DNA of 64,000 nt from an archaeon (GCA_037442745.1 JBBIPP010000005.1:14976-78975), one strand, 5' to 3'. Counted from the first letter of the stretch, positions 10,713 to 21,010 are shown. Notes: generated by a model from the letters alone, not told the origin. Numbers and translations are program-made.

Positions 10713-11816
10713 ATGGAGCATCCGGCTCTTCACTGGAAGGCTCTTCCAAACAAATCAATCCAATGCCGTCTCTGTTCCCAGTTCTGCCTGATTAAAGAGG
10801 GCGAAAATGGTTTCTGCCGTGTCAGGAAGAATGCAAAGGGAAAGCTTCTCTCCCTGTCCTATGGAAATGCCTGTGGAATTTCAATTGACCCGATTGAGAA
10901 AAAGCCTTTCTTCCATTTCAGGCCAGGCTCATCCTGCCTCTCGTTTGGCACTCCAGGATGTAATTTCGCCTGCCTTGGCTGTCAGAACTGGGAGCTGTCG
11001 CAAGAGCCCAGACTTGTAGCTGAAGCGGAGCTAAAGTCCGTGCAACTGGATAAATCCCGGGATTCGCGCTGGCAGGGGCCGAGAATAGAGCCTGTTAAGG
11101 GAGAAAATCCTTCTTCAGAGAGAGCAGTCCGCCCAAAGGAAATTGTCGCTCTTGCCAAAGGAACGGACGGGATTGCATACACATATTCGGAGCCGACTAT
11201 TTTCTACGAATATGTGAGGGACTGCGCGAAGCTGGCGAAAAGGCGGGGGCTCTACAACGCCCTAGTCTCCAACGGCTTTTTCTCGCCTGAACTTGCGGAC
11301 GAGCTTTCAAAAGAGAAACTGTTTGACGCAATAAGGATTGACTACAAGTTCCCTGACAACGAAAGCTATCTGAAATATTGCGGAGCGAGGAAAAAACCAG
11401 TAGTTGGGAACATCAAAAAGATTTTTGAATCTGGAATCCATCTTGAGGTAATTAATCTAGTGATTCCTGGTCTAAACGATTCTGAAAAATCTCTTGGGAA
11501 AACTGCCAGAAAAATCGCGGGAATTGACCCTGAAATACCCGTTCATTTCTCAAGGTTCCACCCGGACTATTCGTTCGGGGGAATCCCGACTCCGAAGGAA
11601 ACCCTTCTCCTTGCGGGAAAAATAGCGGCCAAATGCGGGCTAAAGCACGTCTATCTCGGGAACGCGCCAGACATCCCCGGAGGGGAGAACGCCTTCTGCG
11701 CAGGATGCGGGGCCCTTTTGATTGAAAGGAGGGGATTTTTTGTTTCAAAAAACCTTTTGAACAAGTGGGGACGCTGTCCAGAATGCGGAAAGAAATTAAG
11801 GGGGGTTTTTAGTTGA
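10713..11816 (+). CDS. amrS: AmmeMemoRadiSam-type radical SAM enzyme
   Basis: N-terminal CRLC..FC...GFCRVR, DPIEKKPFFHF, GCNFACLGCQNW CxxxCxxC, YTYSEPT, HFSRFHP, C-terminal Cys pairs. Confidence 0.9.
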   Translation: MEHPALHWKALPNKSIQCRLCSQFCLIKEGENGFCRVRKNAKGKLLSLSYGNACGISIDPIEKKPFFHFRPGSSCLSFGTPGCNFACLGCQNWELSQEPRLVAEAELKSVQLDKSRDSRWQGPRIEPVKGENPSSERAVRPKEIVALAKGTDGIAYTYSEPTIFYEYVRDCAKLAKRRGLYNALVSNGFFSPELADELSKEKLFDAIRIDYKFPDNESYLKYCGARKKPVVGNIKKIFESGIHLEVINLVIPGLNDSEKSLGKTARKIAGIDPEIPVHFSRFHPDYSFGGIPTPKETLLLAGKIAAKCGLKHVYLGNAPDIPGGENAFCAGCGALLIERRGFFVSKNLLNKWGRCPECGKKLRGVFS

Positions 11817-12460
11817 AGCTCGAGTCTTTGCCTGAGAAGAAAAAGCGGGCAGGAAAAATACTCTCAATCCTGCGGAAGGAATACTCTTCGGCGAAAATCT
11901 CCCTCAATTATTCCAATCCAGTCCAGATGGCTGTTGCTGTGATACTCTCCGCCCAATGCACTGACAAAAAGGTCAACGAAGCGACCCCTGCTCTCTTCCG
12001 CAAATACAGGAAGCTCTCGGATTTCGCGAATGCAAAAAGAGCCGAATTGGAAAGGCTCATTTTCCGGACGGGATTCTACCGGAACAAGGCGAGAAACATA
12101 ATAGGCTTTGCGAAAGGGCTCGAAAAACTTGGTGGAATTTTTCCTGACTCGCTTTCGGAACTGACCAAGCTACCCGGGATTGGAAGGAAGACCGGGAACG
12201 TCATTCTCGCGAACCTCTACGGGAAAAACGAAGGGGTTATCGTCGACACCCATGTATTCAGGATTTCCCGGCTCCTCGGGCTCGCGAGAGGGAAAACTCC
12301 CGAGAAAGTTGAGAGGGACCTGATTGCAATTATTCCGGGGAAAAACAGGCTAGTTTTTTCCAATTCCATCGTCTTCCACGGGCGAGCTGTCTGCATTGCA
12401 AGGAGGCCGAAATGCCCGGAATGCTCTCTGAAAGGCCTATGTCCTTCGGCATTTGATTAA
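11813..12460 (+). CDS. nth: Endonuclease III
   Basis: ILSAQCTDKKVN, LPGIGRKTGNV, VDTHV, C-x6-C-x2-C-x5-C. Confidence 0.96.
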   Translation: MKLESLPEKKKRAGKILSILRKEYSSAKISLNYSNPVQMAVAVILSAQCTDKKVNEATPALFRKYRKLSDFANAKRAELERLIFRTGFYRNKARNIIGFAKGLEKLGGIFPDSLSELTKLPGIGRKTGNVILANLYGKNEGVIVDTHVFRISRLLGLARGKTPEKVERDLIAIIPGKNRLVFSNSIVFHGRAVCIARRPKCPECSLKGLCPSAFD

Positions 12461-13150
12461 GGAACGCTTGCCAAGTCCGTCTTTGAATACGTGATTCTCT
12501 CGGGGCTTTCCGAAAGAATTTTCTCTGTATAGAATGTGGCGTCAGTCGCAATGGGGACTGGAATTACTTTAACTCCGCGAGAAATTCCCGTAGCTCTCGC
12601 CTCTTTCACATAGCCTTAGGCGTCCCGAGATATTCGATTTCTGAATATTTTGACAAATCCAACGTTTTTCCGAGAACATTGTCAATAATGAACTGGCTTT
12701 GCTTTAACCTCTCGGTCGCGTTCCAGTAGTTTCCCGCATTGTCTTTCCCCGAAATTGCTTTCGACACGTCCGGAAGAGCTATAAGGCAGTCGTAAATCCG
12801 GTGTTCTGAGAAAAATTCCGAAATTATTTTGTTCCGGCTCGTTGAGGGGGCTGCGAAATCGTATTTCCGGTCGAATGAAGCTCCCTCATTGCCTCTGGGA
12901 ATAGTGGGACAATGCCGACCGGGTTTTTCGGCAGGAATTCTTTGTATTCCGAGCGAATTGTTTTCGTATTTGAGCTCTCTTCGGCTGTGTCAAAGCCCCA
13001 AGCGAATCGTATAAATTTGGCCAGAACGGCTCGCAGTAGATTCCCGTCAAGGAGTCTTTGTACGAGAGCCTTTTCGGAATGCCCGGTGAAAGAATCGGCG
13101 ACAGCGCAGTCGAAATCAGGGATTAAAGGCTTTTTCCCGGCTACAACTAC
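12457..13150 (-). pseudogene. Degraded HAD-family hydrolase
   Basis: Manual translation: LIPDFDCAVADS (decayed DxDGT motif I), later YLG then frameshift to VKEARATG...VKVIPV..FYTEKIL; no intact start. Confidence 0.55.
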
Positions 13151-13164
13151 TATGAAAGTGGTTC

Positions 13165-13719
13165 TTAAATAATTGTCGGGAGATAGTTCGCATATTCCTC
13201 TAGGCGCTCCTGGAAGAATTTCGCGTCCCGCCTGAGAATTTCTGTGAACTGCTCAATCTTATCATAATAGAAATATTTCTCGCGAAGAGGCCTGATGAAC
13301 TTTAGTATTGGGCTTGTGCACCATCTTGCAAGATAGTCTGTCTGGGTATAGCCGTCAATCTTGAATTCAACCCAGCCGTGGTTCGCTGTAATCGGATTTT
13401 TCGGGTCAGTGCCGGGTTTCGGTTTCGGTGCGAAATACATTTTCATATTTACCCACATCCAGTTCAGGGCATACTTGTAGTCAACTTCGCCTTGCGCCCG
13501 TATCCACGCCGCAATGAATGTGCCTTCCCCTGGCTGAGTCGGGGGAACATTGACATATCTCACTTCCTGCGGATAATATGAGAGGTCGTTTAGGATCCCG
13601 AAGGTCTTCCTATAAATCTGGTCAATTCCCCAGCCCTCAATCCTGAATGTGATATAATGGAGGGCGTGATAATTGACAGGTCCTGACCAGTCAACAGTTT
13701 CTACTGGGGGGACTCCCAT
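13165..13719 (-). CDS. Conserved hypothetical protein (DPANN-type family)
   Basis: 184-aa ORF; GWVEFKIDGY.QTDY..RW...P..KF.R...EKY pattern recalls a DPANN-conserved family. Confidence 0.75.
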   Translation of the reverse strand: MGVPPVETVDWSGPVNYHALHYITFRIEGWGIDQIYRKTFGILNDLSYYPQEVRYVNVPPTQPGEGTFIAAWIRAQGEVDYKYALNWMWVNMKMYFAPKPKPGTDPKNPITANHGWVEFKIDGYTQTDYLARWCTSPILKFIRPLREKYFYYDKIEQFTEILRRDAKFFQERLEEYANYLPTII

Positions 13720-13814
13720 TTTGCAGCAACCATCCCTGAAAAGGTATTATTAAGCGTTTTGGTCGAAAATCGCCCGAAAAACGTTTTAAATTTCAATTGC
13801 TCAAAGGATTCGCA

Positions 13815-14585
13815 ATGGCTCAGACAGCTCCTTCCCAGACATTTCCCGGCACTCTTCCAGATTCAAGGGAAAAGCGTGGGGCGGGAGTTAAACAGAGGCT
13901 CGGCTCGAAAATTGCCGGGGAAATTGTAATGTCCGAGTCCCCCCCAAAGGCGCTCAAAAAATGGCGGGAGATTTTCAAAATAAAGCAAAAGGAACTCGCA
14001 AAGGCGCTGAAAGTCAAGCCGTCCGTTATCAGCGACTATGAGAGCGGGAGGCGGAAGAGCCCGGGAACTGTTGTCGTAAGGAAGGTTGTCGAAACTCTTC
14101 TCGCAATTGATGAAACAAAGGGAAGCCAGACAATATTCGAGTTCTCAAACATGCTTTCAGGGGACGCGATTTTCGAGATAATTCTCGACATCAAAGAATT
14201 CCAAAAGCCCCTGAAAGTGAAGGATTTCGTAGAGGCGACAAAGGGAACGGTTGTGAGCGGAACCCAGTATATTGACAGGGACGTTTTCGGATACACTGTT
14301 ATTGACTCAATCAGGGCAATTGTGGAGTTCTCTCCGTTGGAACTTGCGAAAATATACGGTTCAACAACCCAGAGGGCGCTAGTATTCTCGAAAATAACAT
14401 CCGGAAGAAGCCCGATGATTGCAATAAAATTGACAAGCCTAAAGCCGGCTGTCGTCATTTTCCACGGCCCCCAGGAAATTGACAAATTGGCAGTGAAGAT
14501 TGCGGAGACCGAGAAAATTCCCGTGATTCTCTCCAATTTCCCGACTCTGGACGAATTGATTGCATCCCTTCGGTCGAAATTCTGA
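13815..14585 (+). CDS. Archaeal XRE-type HTH transcriptional regulator (COG1709-like)
   Basis: KIAGEIVMS..P..ALKKWREIF...Q.ELA, SVISDYESGRRKSPG, GYTVIDS, GRSPMIAI. Confidence 0.9.
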   Translation: MAQTAPSQTFPGTLPDSREKRGAGVKQRLGSKIAGEIVMSESPPKALKKWREIFKIKQKELAKALKVKPSVISDYESGRRKSPGTVVVRKVVETLLAIDETKGSQTIFEFSNMLSGDAIFEIILDIKEFQKPLKVKDFVEATKGTVVSGTQYIDRDVFGYTVIDSIRAIVEFSPLELAKIYGSTTQRALVFSKITSGRSPMIAIKLTSLKPAVVIFHGPQEIDKLAVKIAETEKIPVILSNFPTLDELIASLRSKF

Positions 14586-14587
14586 TT

Positions 14588-15073
14588 ATGGAAAGAAAGT
14601 CGCAGTTGGCGCTGGAGTTCTTGGCAATAGTCGCAGTCGGGGCTCTTGCCCTCGCGTTCTCAGTCGCCCTCCTATTTGGTGGTTTTTCTGGGATTGAAAG
14701 GGCGGCTCTCGGTAGGAACGCGCAGGAAGTGGAAGACTTTCTATCTTTTGCGGGAAAAGCAGGGGGGCCGGGAGCATTCTCGTTGAAAAAGGGCTTGCGT
14801 GTCTTTCCAACCGGGGAGCTGGCAATTTTCTCTGGAAAAGGGGCAACTTTTGTCGCAACATGCGGGAAATTCTCCGGATTTTCTGAAAAAATTGTCTCTG
14901 AAGAGTTCCTTTCGGCCGAATTGCCGGAAGGATTCCTGCAATCAGGGTGTAGCAGGGGGCGTTTCAGTAGCGGAAAGGGGCTGTCCGGAAAACTTGTCAT
15001 TCGGGCACTAGGGAGTTCGAGAGGAGAAAGGGTGATTTCTGTTGAGAAGGCCGAGGGAGAGTCTTCCAGATGA
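14588..15073 (+). CDS. Class III signal-peptide (pilin-like) protein
   Basis: MERKS/QLALEF followed by hydrophobic stretch. Confidence 0.75.
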   Translation: MERKSQLALEFLAIVAVGALALAFSVALLFGGFSGIERAALGRNAQEVEDFLSFAGKAGGPGAFSLKKGLRVFPTGELAIFSGKGATFVATCGKFSGFSEKIVSEEFLSAELPEGFLQSGCSRGRFSSGKGLSGKLVIRALGSSRGERVISVEKAEGESSR

Positions 15074-15324
15074 AAAGCCAGATTGCGCTCGAATTCCTCC
15101 TCGTCTTCCTTGCGGCAGCCATTTCATTCTCGTTCGCTCTCGCATTCTCAAACGGAGCTTTTGGGGAAGGGGATCTGGGCGGGAAAGAGGGCGCGGAAAG
15201 AATTTCAAACTCGCACATAATCGGCTCCGCGCGGCATCTGGGAATCCCGTTCAGAACGGAAGTTATCGGGAATTCTACCGCGCCTTCCGAATTCAGGAGC
15301 TATTCGAGGGGGCGCCCGGGATGA
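15070..15324 (+). CDS. Class III signal-peptide (pilin-like) protein
   Basis: MKS/QIALEFLLVFLAA; ATGA overlap with previous gene. Confidence 0.7.
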   Translation: MKSQIALEFLLVFLAAAISFSFALAFSNGAFGEGDLGGKEGAERISNSHIIGSARHLGIPFRTEVIGNSTAPSEFRSYSRGRPG

Positions 15325-15680
15325 AGCGCGCCCAGATTTCCGCGGATTTCATTTTCTCGATTTTCTCATTCTCGCTTGTCTTCCTCTCGTTCCTCCATTT
15401 CGCAGTCTCGGTCGGGGACGAGTTCTCTGAAAGCGCCCGCTTCTTCAGGGAATTTTCCCAAGCTTCAATTGAAGGGGACCGGATTCTCATTAACCCTGAA
15501 GATGGGCTGGCGTCCCGCGAATTCGGAAGGGCAAGAAACCATTTGCTAAGAGCAGTCCCTGAAGAGAGGAATTCCTCGGATTCATTTGGCTATTGCCAGT
15601 TTCGGGCTGGAAGTTTCAAGGGAGAAGTTGTTGTGTTCAGGTCCTGCGCGAACAATCAAAATGAGGAAAGAGGAGAGTGA
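15321..15680 (+). CDS. Class III signal-peptide (pilin-like) protein
   Basis: MKRA/QISADFIFSIF; true start ATG 15321 inside ORF 15042..15680, ATGA overlap. Confidence 0.7.
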   Translation: MKRAQISADFIFSIFSFSLVFLSFLHFAVSVGDEFSESARFFREFSQASIEGDRILINPEDGLASREFGRARNHLLRAVPEERNSSDSFGYCQFRAGSFKGEVVVFRSCANNQNEERGE

Positions 15681-16550
15681 AGACTCCGGTCAACCTGAGT
15701 CTCAATTCCCGACTCGAAACCTTTCTCGCTGACATATCCTCCGAAGGATTCCGTCTCAATCATTCTTTTAGCTTCAGGGTCCTGAAGAATTGAGGGACGG
15801 AAGGTCCCAAAACCTGGCGTTAGGGGAAGGATTGATTCCGCATCTTTCTCCTCCAATTGAACTCCGAGGGATTTTCCCACGCAGACTGCTTCCAGAGCAG
15901 CTGACTTAAGCTCCCTTGTAAGTTTGTTTGAGACAAGTTCCCAGCAGTTCTTTCCCGTAATTGCGCAAACATGGTTGAAGCCGACGTTCCAGAGGAATTT
16001 TTCCACTTGGAGTGCCTGATGTCATTTTGGATAACAAAGGGGATTTTCGCTTTCCTGAAAATTTCCGAGAGAATCATTATCCGCTCGATTCCGTTGTTCC
16101 CGTCCCTTTCCCCGAATTCTGCCTGCCCCGGCCAGGAGATTTCTATTTTCCTCGGTCCAGCCATTGAAAACCAGCCATTGACAAGGGAATTGGCAGGTCG
16201 TATTCCCAAAATTTCCTCGGCCAGCTCCTCGTTTCCAAGGCAGTTCTGAAAGCAGATGGCAATTTTGCCTTCTTTTACAAGGGGTTTTGCGGAGAGGCAG
16301 GCAGATTCTAGGTAGAAGGTTTTCGTTGAAATTGTTAGGCAATCAACAGGGCTTGTTGTTTCCGGCGCATTGGTCGCATTCACCCTTGAGACCGATTTCC
16401 CCCAAGTCTCCGAGATTTCAATCCAGTTCTTCATTGTTTCTTCCAGATTGGCTCCACTGGCAACGAGGGGGAATGAATAGCCAGCGCGCTCGAAGAAATA
16501 TGCGAAAGAGCATCCGACGGCGACAGCGCCAATTATTGCTATTTTTTCAA
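15656..16550 (-). pseudogene. panE: Ketopantoate reductase (PanE/ApbA) pseudogene
   Basis: KIAIIGAVAVG (decayed GxGxxG), STKTF, FQNCLG; frameshift near 16005 into KFLWNVGFN...PSILQD...E. Confidence 0.8.
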
Positions 16551-16555
16551 TTAGC

Positions 16556-17236
16556 CTAGAACCCGGAGATGATTTCCCTGACAGCAGCTTTCACGTCCTT
16601 TGCAAGGGTTATGTAGGATGCCAAAAGGACGCCTTCTGCTCCCAGTTCAATTGCTTTCCTGACATCTTCGCCAGAGGAAATTCCCGCTCCGCAGAGTACT
16701 TTTGCCCCGGGGGAATTAGCTCTTACAGCTCTAACGCTTCCGTAAATGACCTCCGGCTTTGAGGAGGAGACCGAAATCCCCGAACCAATCAATTCTGGGG
16801 GTTCGACTGATACGAAATCGGGGGAGATCTTGGCGACAATTGCGGAATCAGCCTCGTCTGTTGCGCAGGCAATTGTGACAAGGCCGGTCTCCCTGCAGAG
16901 GGAAACAGTTTTCCCGAGAACCTCCTTTGGAACCTGGTGTTCTGCATGGTTGAGAAGAGTCCCCCTTGCTCCGGATAAGAAGATGGCGGAAGGGCTAAGG
17001 AACCCTGTATTTTTTCCGGGAGATATAAGATCAGCGTGCTGGGCGAAGACCTTGACTTTTTTGACCGCTTTTGAGACAAGCGACAAGTCTGTTGCCTGAG
17101 GGCAGACAATTGCCTCAATGTCTTTCCTCTTCGTTCTCAAGAGTTCGGATTCAATTGCCTTGGCAATTTTCACGGCGTTCTTTCCGCTCGACTCTGAATA
17201 TGTCTTCAGGTTAACGACAAGATACTTTTTCTCCAT
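16556..17236 (-). CDS. tpiA: Triosephosphate isomerase, archaeal type
   Basis: VNLKTY, AQHAD, LLNHAEH, VEPPELIGSG, LCGAGI, GVLLAS. Confidence 0.96.
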   Translation of the reverse strand: MEKKYLVVNLKTYSESSGKNAVKIAKAIESELLRTKRKDIEAIVCPQATDLSLVSKAVKKVKVFAQHADLISPGKNTGFLSPSAIFLSGARGTLLNHAEHQVPKEVLGKTVSLCRETGLVTIACATDEADSAIVAKISPDFVSVEPPELIGSGISVSSSKPEVIYGSVRAVRANSPGAKVLCGAGISSGEDVRKAIELGAEGVLLASYITLAKDVKAAVREIISGF

Positions 17237-17296
17237 AGTGCTTTCGCTTCTTGCCCCTTTCTTTAAATCCCTTTCCAGAAGAAATCCTTATTGGCG

Positions 17297-18445
17297 TTAT
17301 GCGATTTTTTCGAACATGTGCTCGAGCTTTTTCATTATCTCGGGCATTGTCGTGTATTCCAAGTCGTCCGCAGGAAGGCGGTGTGGTTCGAAAGGACAGA
17401 GATTCCGGAGGAAATGCCAAATCTGGTTGGCATCATCCCTCACATTGTCAAAATATTGGTCATCGAACATGTCAACCGGCCCGCGAGCTTTCCGTTGCGG
17501 ACTTGATCAGAGGGCAACGACCCTCTGGAGGCCGTCAAACCTTGTCGTATTTGATTCACTCTTGGAGACTGGCATCAGTGGCCAGTTATGGCTTCCCCCG
17601 CATCAAGCCGGAAACAATCCAAGGAGTTGTGAATGCTTCAATGACTTTGCCAACCGCAGGAAGGCCGGACTGGCACCTGACAATTGCGACTGGGTCGTCC
17701 TTTCCGACATATTTTCCGGCAATGAAGCTCAGGAGATTTGTAGAAGATACTGCCACGACAAGGCAGTCTCCTTTCTCCTAATTGATTTTATCACATACTT
17801 GCTTGTCGAGCCGATGAAGGCAATTAGCGCGTAGATTTCCTCTGGACAGGAGAATTCTATTTTCTTGTTCGCCTTGACGTAATTGACCTCGAAAATAAAG
17901 CAATCATTCATTGATTTGTCAATAACAAGCCCCGCAGTGTTGAAGGTGTCGGCGAACATTTTGTATAGGGGCAAGTTCCATGACGAGGGCGTTGTCTTGT
18001 CCGCAATTAGGACAATTACCGGCTCGCTTTTTCTCTCATAGAACCCAATTTCAGCAACGCCCGGGCCGATTCCCTTCACGTTCCCGGAAAAGCTGTCCGC
18101 GAGAATGTCTTGCCCCGCCCAGTGGAGCTTGAGCCCCTTAAGAATCCGTGCAGGAAAGGAAAACTTCCAATGCTAGCTTGTGGACACTTTCAGAATCAAT
18201 TCCGTGGCGATGCGTCATTATCAGTTCCAAATAATCCCTGCAGGAGGAGACATTGTAGTTTATCAGGAACCCTTTTGCCTTTTCGTCATCAAGGTGCTTT
18301 TTCGCTCTTGTCGAAAGAATGGGTTGACTGAGACCTGCCCCGGATATTCCCAGAAATCCGCCTTGATTGCGCTCATGGTTATTTTCCACTCTGACTTTTT
18401 TCCGACTTTTGCCTTTTCAGTTGAGACAGCCCCTTTCTTTTCCAT
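17297..18445 (-). pseudogene. fbp: Bifunctional FBP aldolase/phosphatase (class V FBPase) pseudogene
   Basis: Fragments in several frames: ITMSAIKAD, LELIMTHRHG, GQDILADSFSGNVKGIGPGVAE, ERKSEP, ADKT, NLPLYKMFADTFNTAGLVID, PFEPHRLP.DDLEYTTMP. Confidence 0.9.
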
Positions 18446-19030
18446 TTTCGCCCTGAGCCCGGCCTCCTTCATAAGAGTATTACATTGTATTACCTTCTGA
18501 TTTAAATATTGTTTTCAATTTGTATGTGACCGCTAAAAGGATTCTCAATTGGGCTTTATTGACAACTCCGCAAAATGGAGAACTGGCTTGCTTGATTTTT
18601 AAGAATAATGACACTCTCCAAAAGCCGGAATTTTTTCCTCTTGTTCAGCCGGATTCCGTGGAGGGAAGCTCAATTGACTATTTTTCGGGGCAAGTTTCCA
18701 AGGTTTTTCCGGAAGCTTCCCGTTATCTTGGAGTTGAAGGGCAGTTCCCGAGAAATCGGCTTTAATTGAGGGGATTGCAAGCAGGATTGTCTAAGAAATC
18801 TGGCATCCAATCCCCGGCTATTCTGATGTTTCCGAAAGTTAGAGGGCGCGCAAAATCCTAGCAGTTTGCAGGGCTTTTGCGGCAAAGGAGGTGTGTGAAA
18901 AAACAATCCTTGACGAATACGATATTGGCAAGGAGTATCTCGCAATAGTGGCAGTTGAAATTGACCCTATTTGTAAGAAAGATTTTCTAAGAGGGGTTGT
19001 CAGGGGAACTTTCAGGGGAAATTCCGTTCC

Positions 19031-20041
19031 TCAGTATTTCTGGTAATATTTGTCGGAGAATGCCGAATTGCGCTCGTGAAAGACCGTCTCCCAGACAGGC
19101 TTTGCGTTCGCGCTCACAATGTTGTTTATCTCCCGCATCCTCTTCAGTGATTCGTTCCTCAAGAAGCCGGAAAAGTCTGAAGAGGAGAAAGCTTCCTGCC
19201 AGACTGCGCGTCCTACTGCATATCCGCTCGCGCCAGCCTTCGATGCCAGGTAAATCTGCTTCCTGAAAATGTTGAAATGCGCCCCTTGGGAAAGAAGTAT
19301 CCATGGAACGCTTGTCGCCTCATCCAGAGCTTTCGCGTGCCCTAGGGCCTTTTCAAGGTCGTGCTCATAGTTCAGGTCGCAGGGAAAGTCGGTCTTCAGT
19401 ATGTCAATTCCGAGTTTCGAGAACCTCTCAGCAGTCCTTATTATCAGTTCGGGCTTTTTCTTTGCGAATTCGGGCGAATTCTTCTTCTCAGAGAGGCTGT
19501 AGGGGAGAGGCTCGACAAGAAAGAGGATGTCTTCCTTCCTGCACTCTTTCGAGAGCCCCCGTATCAGATTTTCTGCGCGCCTTGAGGCCCGCTTGTATTC
19601 CGGGCTGTAGAAAACGAAGAGCTTCACTCCGTCCGCTCCCGCCCTCTTGATTTTTCTGACTCCCCAATTCTTCAGGAGAACGGTGTTTCGCCCCGCCTTG
19701 TTCTCAAAATATCCCGTTTTCTCAATTGACGTCAGTACGCCCTTGTCCGAGAGGAGGCGCGAATATATTGTCGGGAAGAGTATTGTCTCCGGGTCGAGGA
19801 TGAATGCGTTCGCTTCTGGCGAGAGAATTGAGAGAATCTCCTGCTTTTTCGAGAATATTTCCACGAATTTGGCCTTGGCGGGATCGGACGGGCTTATCAG
19901 CTTCTTTATCGAGTCCCTGTGGTCAATTGCCAGAATTCTGAAGAATCCGTCCCTCGCAATCCGGGATAGCCCGAGGAACTTGCCCGGGGCAAGCCTGTCG
20001 TGCGTTTTTTCTGCTTTGCTCTGCTTCTTTCTTGTTGCCAT
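19031..20041 (-). CDS. lacD: Class I aldolase, tagatose-1,6-bisphosphate (LacD)/YihT family
   Basis: ILAIDHR, LDPE, GADGVKLFVFY, FLVEP, DILKTDFP, PWILLS.G, GASGYAVGRAVW; substrate uncertain. Confidence 0.85.
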   Translation of the reverse strand: MATRKKQSKAEKTHDRLAPGKFLGLSRIARDGFFRILAIDHRDSIKKLISPSDPAKAKFVEIFSKKQEILSILSPEANAFILDPETILFPTIYSRLLSDKGVLTSIEKTGYFENKAGRNTVLLKNWGVRKIKRAGADGVKLFVFYSPEYKRASRRAENLIRGLSKECRKEDILFLVEPLPYSLSEKKNSPEFAKKKPELIIRTAERFSKLGIDILKTDFPCDLNYEHDLEKALGHAKALDEATSVPWILLSQGAHFNIFRKQIYLASKAGASGYAVGRAVWQEAFSSSDFSGFLRNESLKRMREINNIVSANAKPVWETVFHERNSAFSDKYYQKY

Positions 20042-20056
20042 TCCGTTCTTTTCCCC

Positions 20057-21010
20057 TCATATTTTCGGACGGGCTTTTCCGGCTTTCCTGATTGCAAGAT
20101 GCTCCTTGTTTTTCCTGAAGAAAGAGTCTGCCTCCTTTTTTCTCGGAAGGCCGTCCGCCCCCTCCCGCGTGGCTTTCAAGGCTCCGCATGCGTTCCCGTA
20201 TTGCACAGCCTCCTTTAGGCCCGCCCGAGAGAGGAGCTTTACAAGAAGCCCTCCTGAAAATGCGTCCCCCGCGCCAATTGTATCCTTGACTTTGATTGGA
20301 ATTGTCCCTATTGTGAAGAAGGCATCTGTTTCCGCCTCATATACAATTGTCGGGAGCTTTCCTCCCTTGATAACAAATGGCTTGCCCGGGAAAATATTCT
20401 TGAGAGCTTTTCCGCCCCCGAGTTCTCTCGCTTCCTTGGAATTTATTATCAGAATATCCGAATTTCTGAGTATTTTTGAGAGCTTTGAACTGCCTAGCCG
20501 GGAAATTGACCTGCCGGGGTCGAAGGTAACTGTTTTTCCGGCCGATTTAGCGGCTGATGAGACTGCTTCCAGAAGCTGAATGGGCGCACCCGTCAGGTGG
20601 ATTATCTTTGCATTCCGTATAAGGGAAAGGTCTATTTCGGGGAGGGTTATTTTCTCGTTTGCTCCAAGCATTTCAATTACTGCAGGAGTTCCATTAGAGT
20701 CTATTACAACAATTGAGGTTCCGGTCCTTGCCTTGGAATCAATCCGTACTCCCGAAGTGTTGACTCCTATTTTCCTCAGGGAATTGAGGACAATCTGTCC
20801 CCTGTCATCGAATCCGATTTTTCCAATTATTGCGGAAGTTTTCCCCAATTTGGCGGCATTGCAACAAACGTTTGTCGCGCTCCCTCCGACCGAACCCTTG
20901 AAATTCCCCTTTACGAAGCTTGTCTTGTCTGGCTTGGGGAAACTCTCAACATAGCACCTCAGGTCGTATAGGATGTGTCCGAAACCGACAATTTCCGGGT
21001 GCTTTGCCAT
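20057..21010 (-). CDS. PfkB/ribokinase-family carbohydrate kinase
   Basis: GGSATNV, GKIGFDDRG, DTIGAGDAF. Confidence 0.93.
   Translation of the reverse strand: MAKHPEIVGFGHILYDLRCYVESFPKPDKTSFVKGNFKGSVGGSATNVCCNAAKLGKTSAIIGKIGFDDRGQIVLNSLRKIGVNTSGVRIDSKARTGTSIVVIDSNGTPAVIEMLGANEKITLPEIDLSLIRNAKIIHLTGAPIQLLEAVSSAAKSAGKTVTFDPGRSISRLGSSKLSKILRNSDILIINSKEARELGGGKALKNIFPGKPFVIKGGKLPTIVYEAETDAFFTIGTIPIKVKDTIGAGDAFSGGLLVKLLSRAGLKEAVQYGNACGALKATREGADGLPRKKEADSFFRKNKEHLAIRKAGKARPKI

Noticed and set aside
18500-18980. Short ORFs between fbp remnant and lacD
   Set aside because: No recognisable motif; probably eroded DNA, cannot be called
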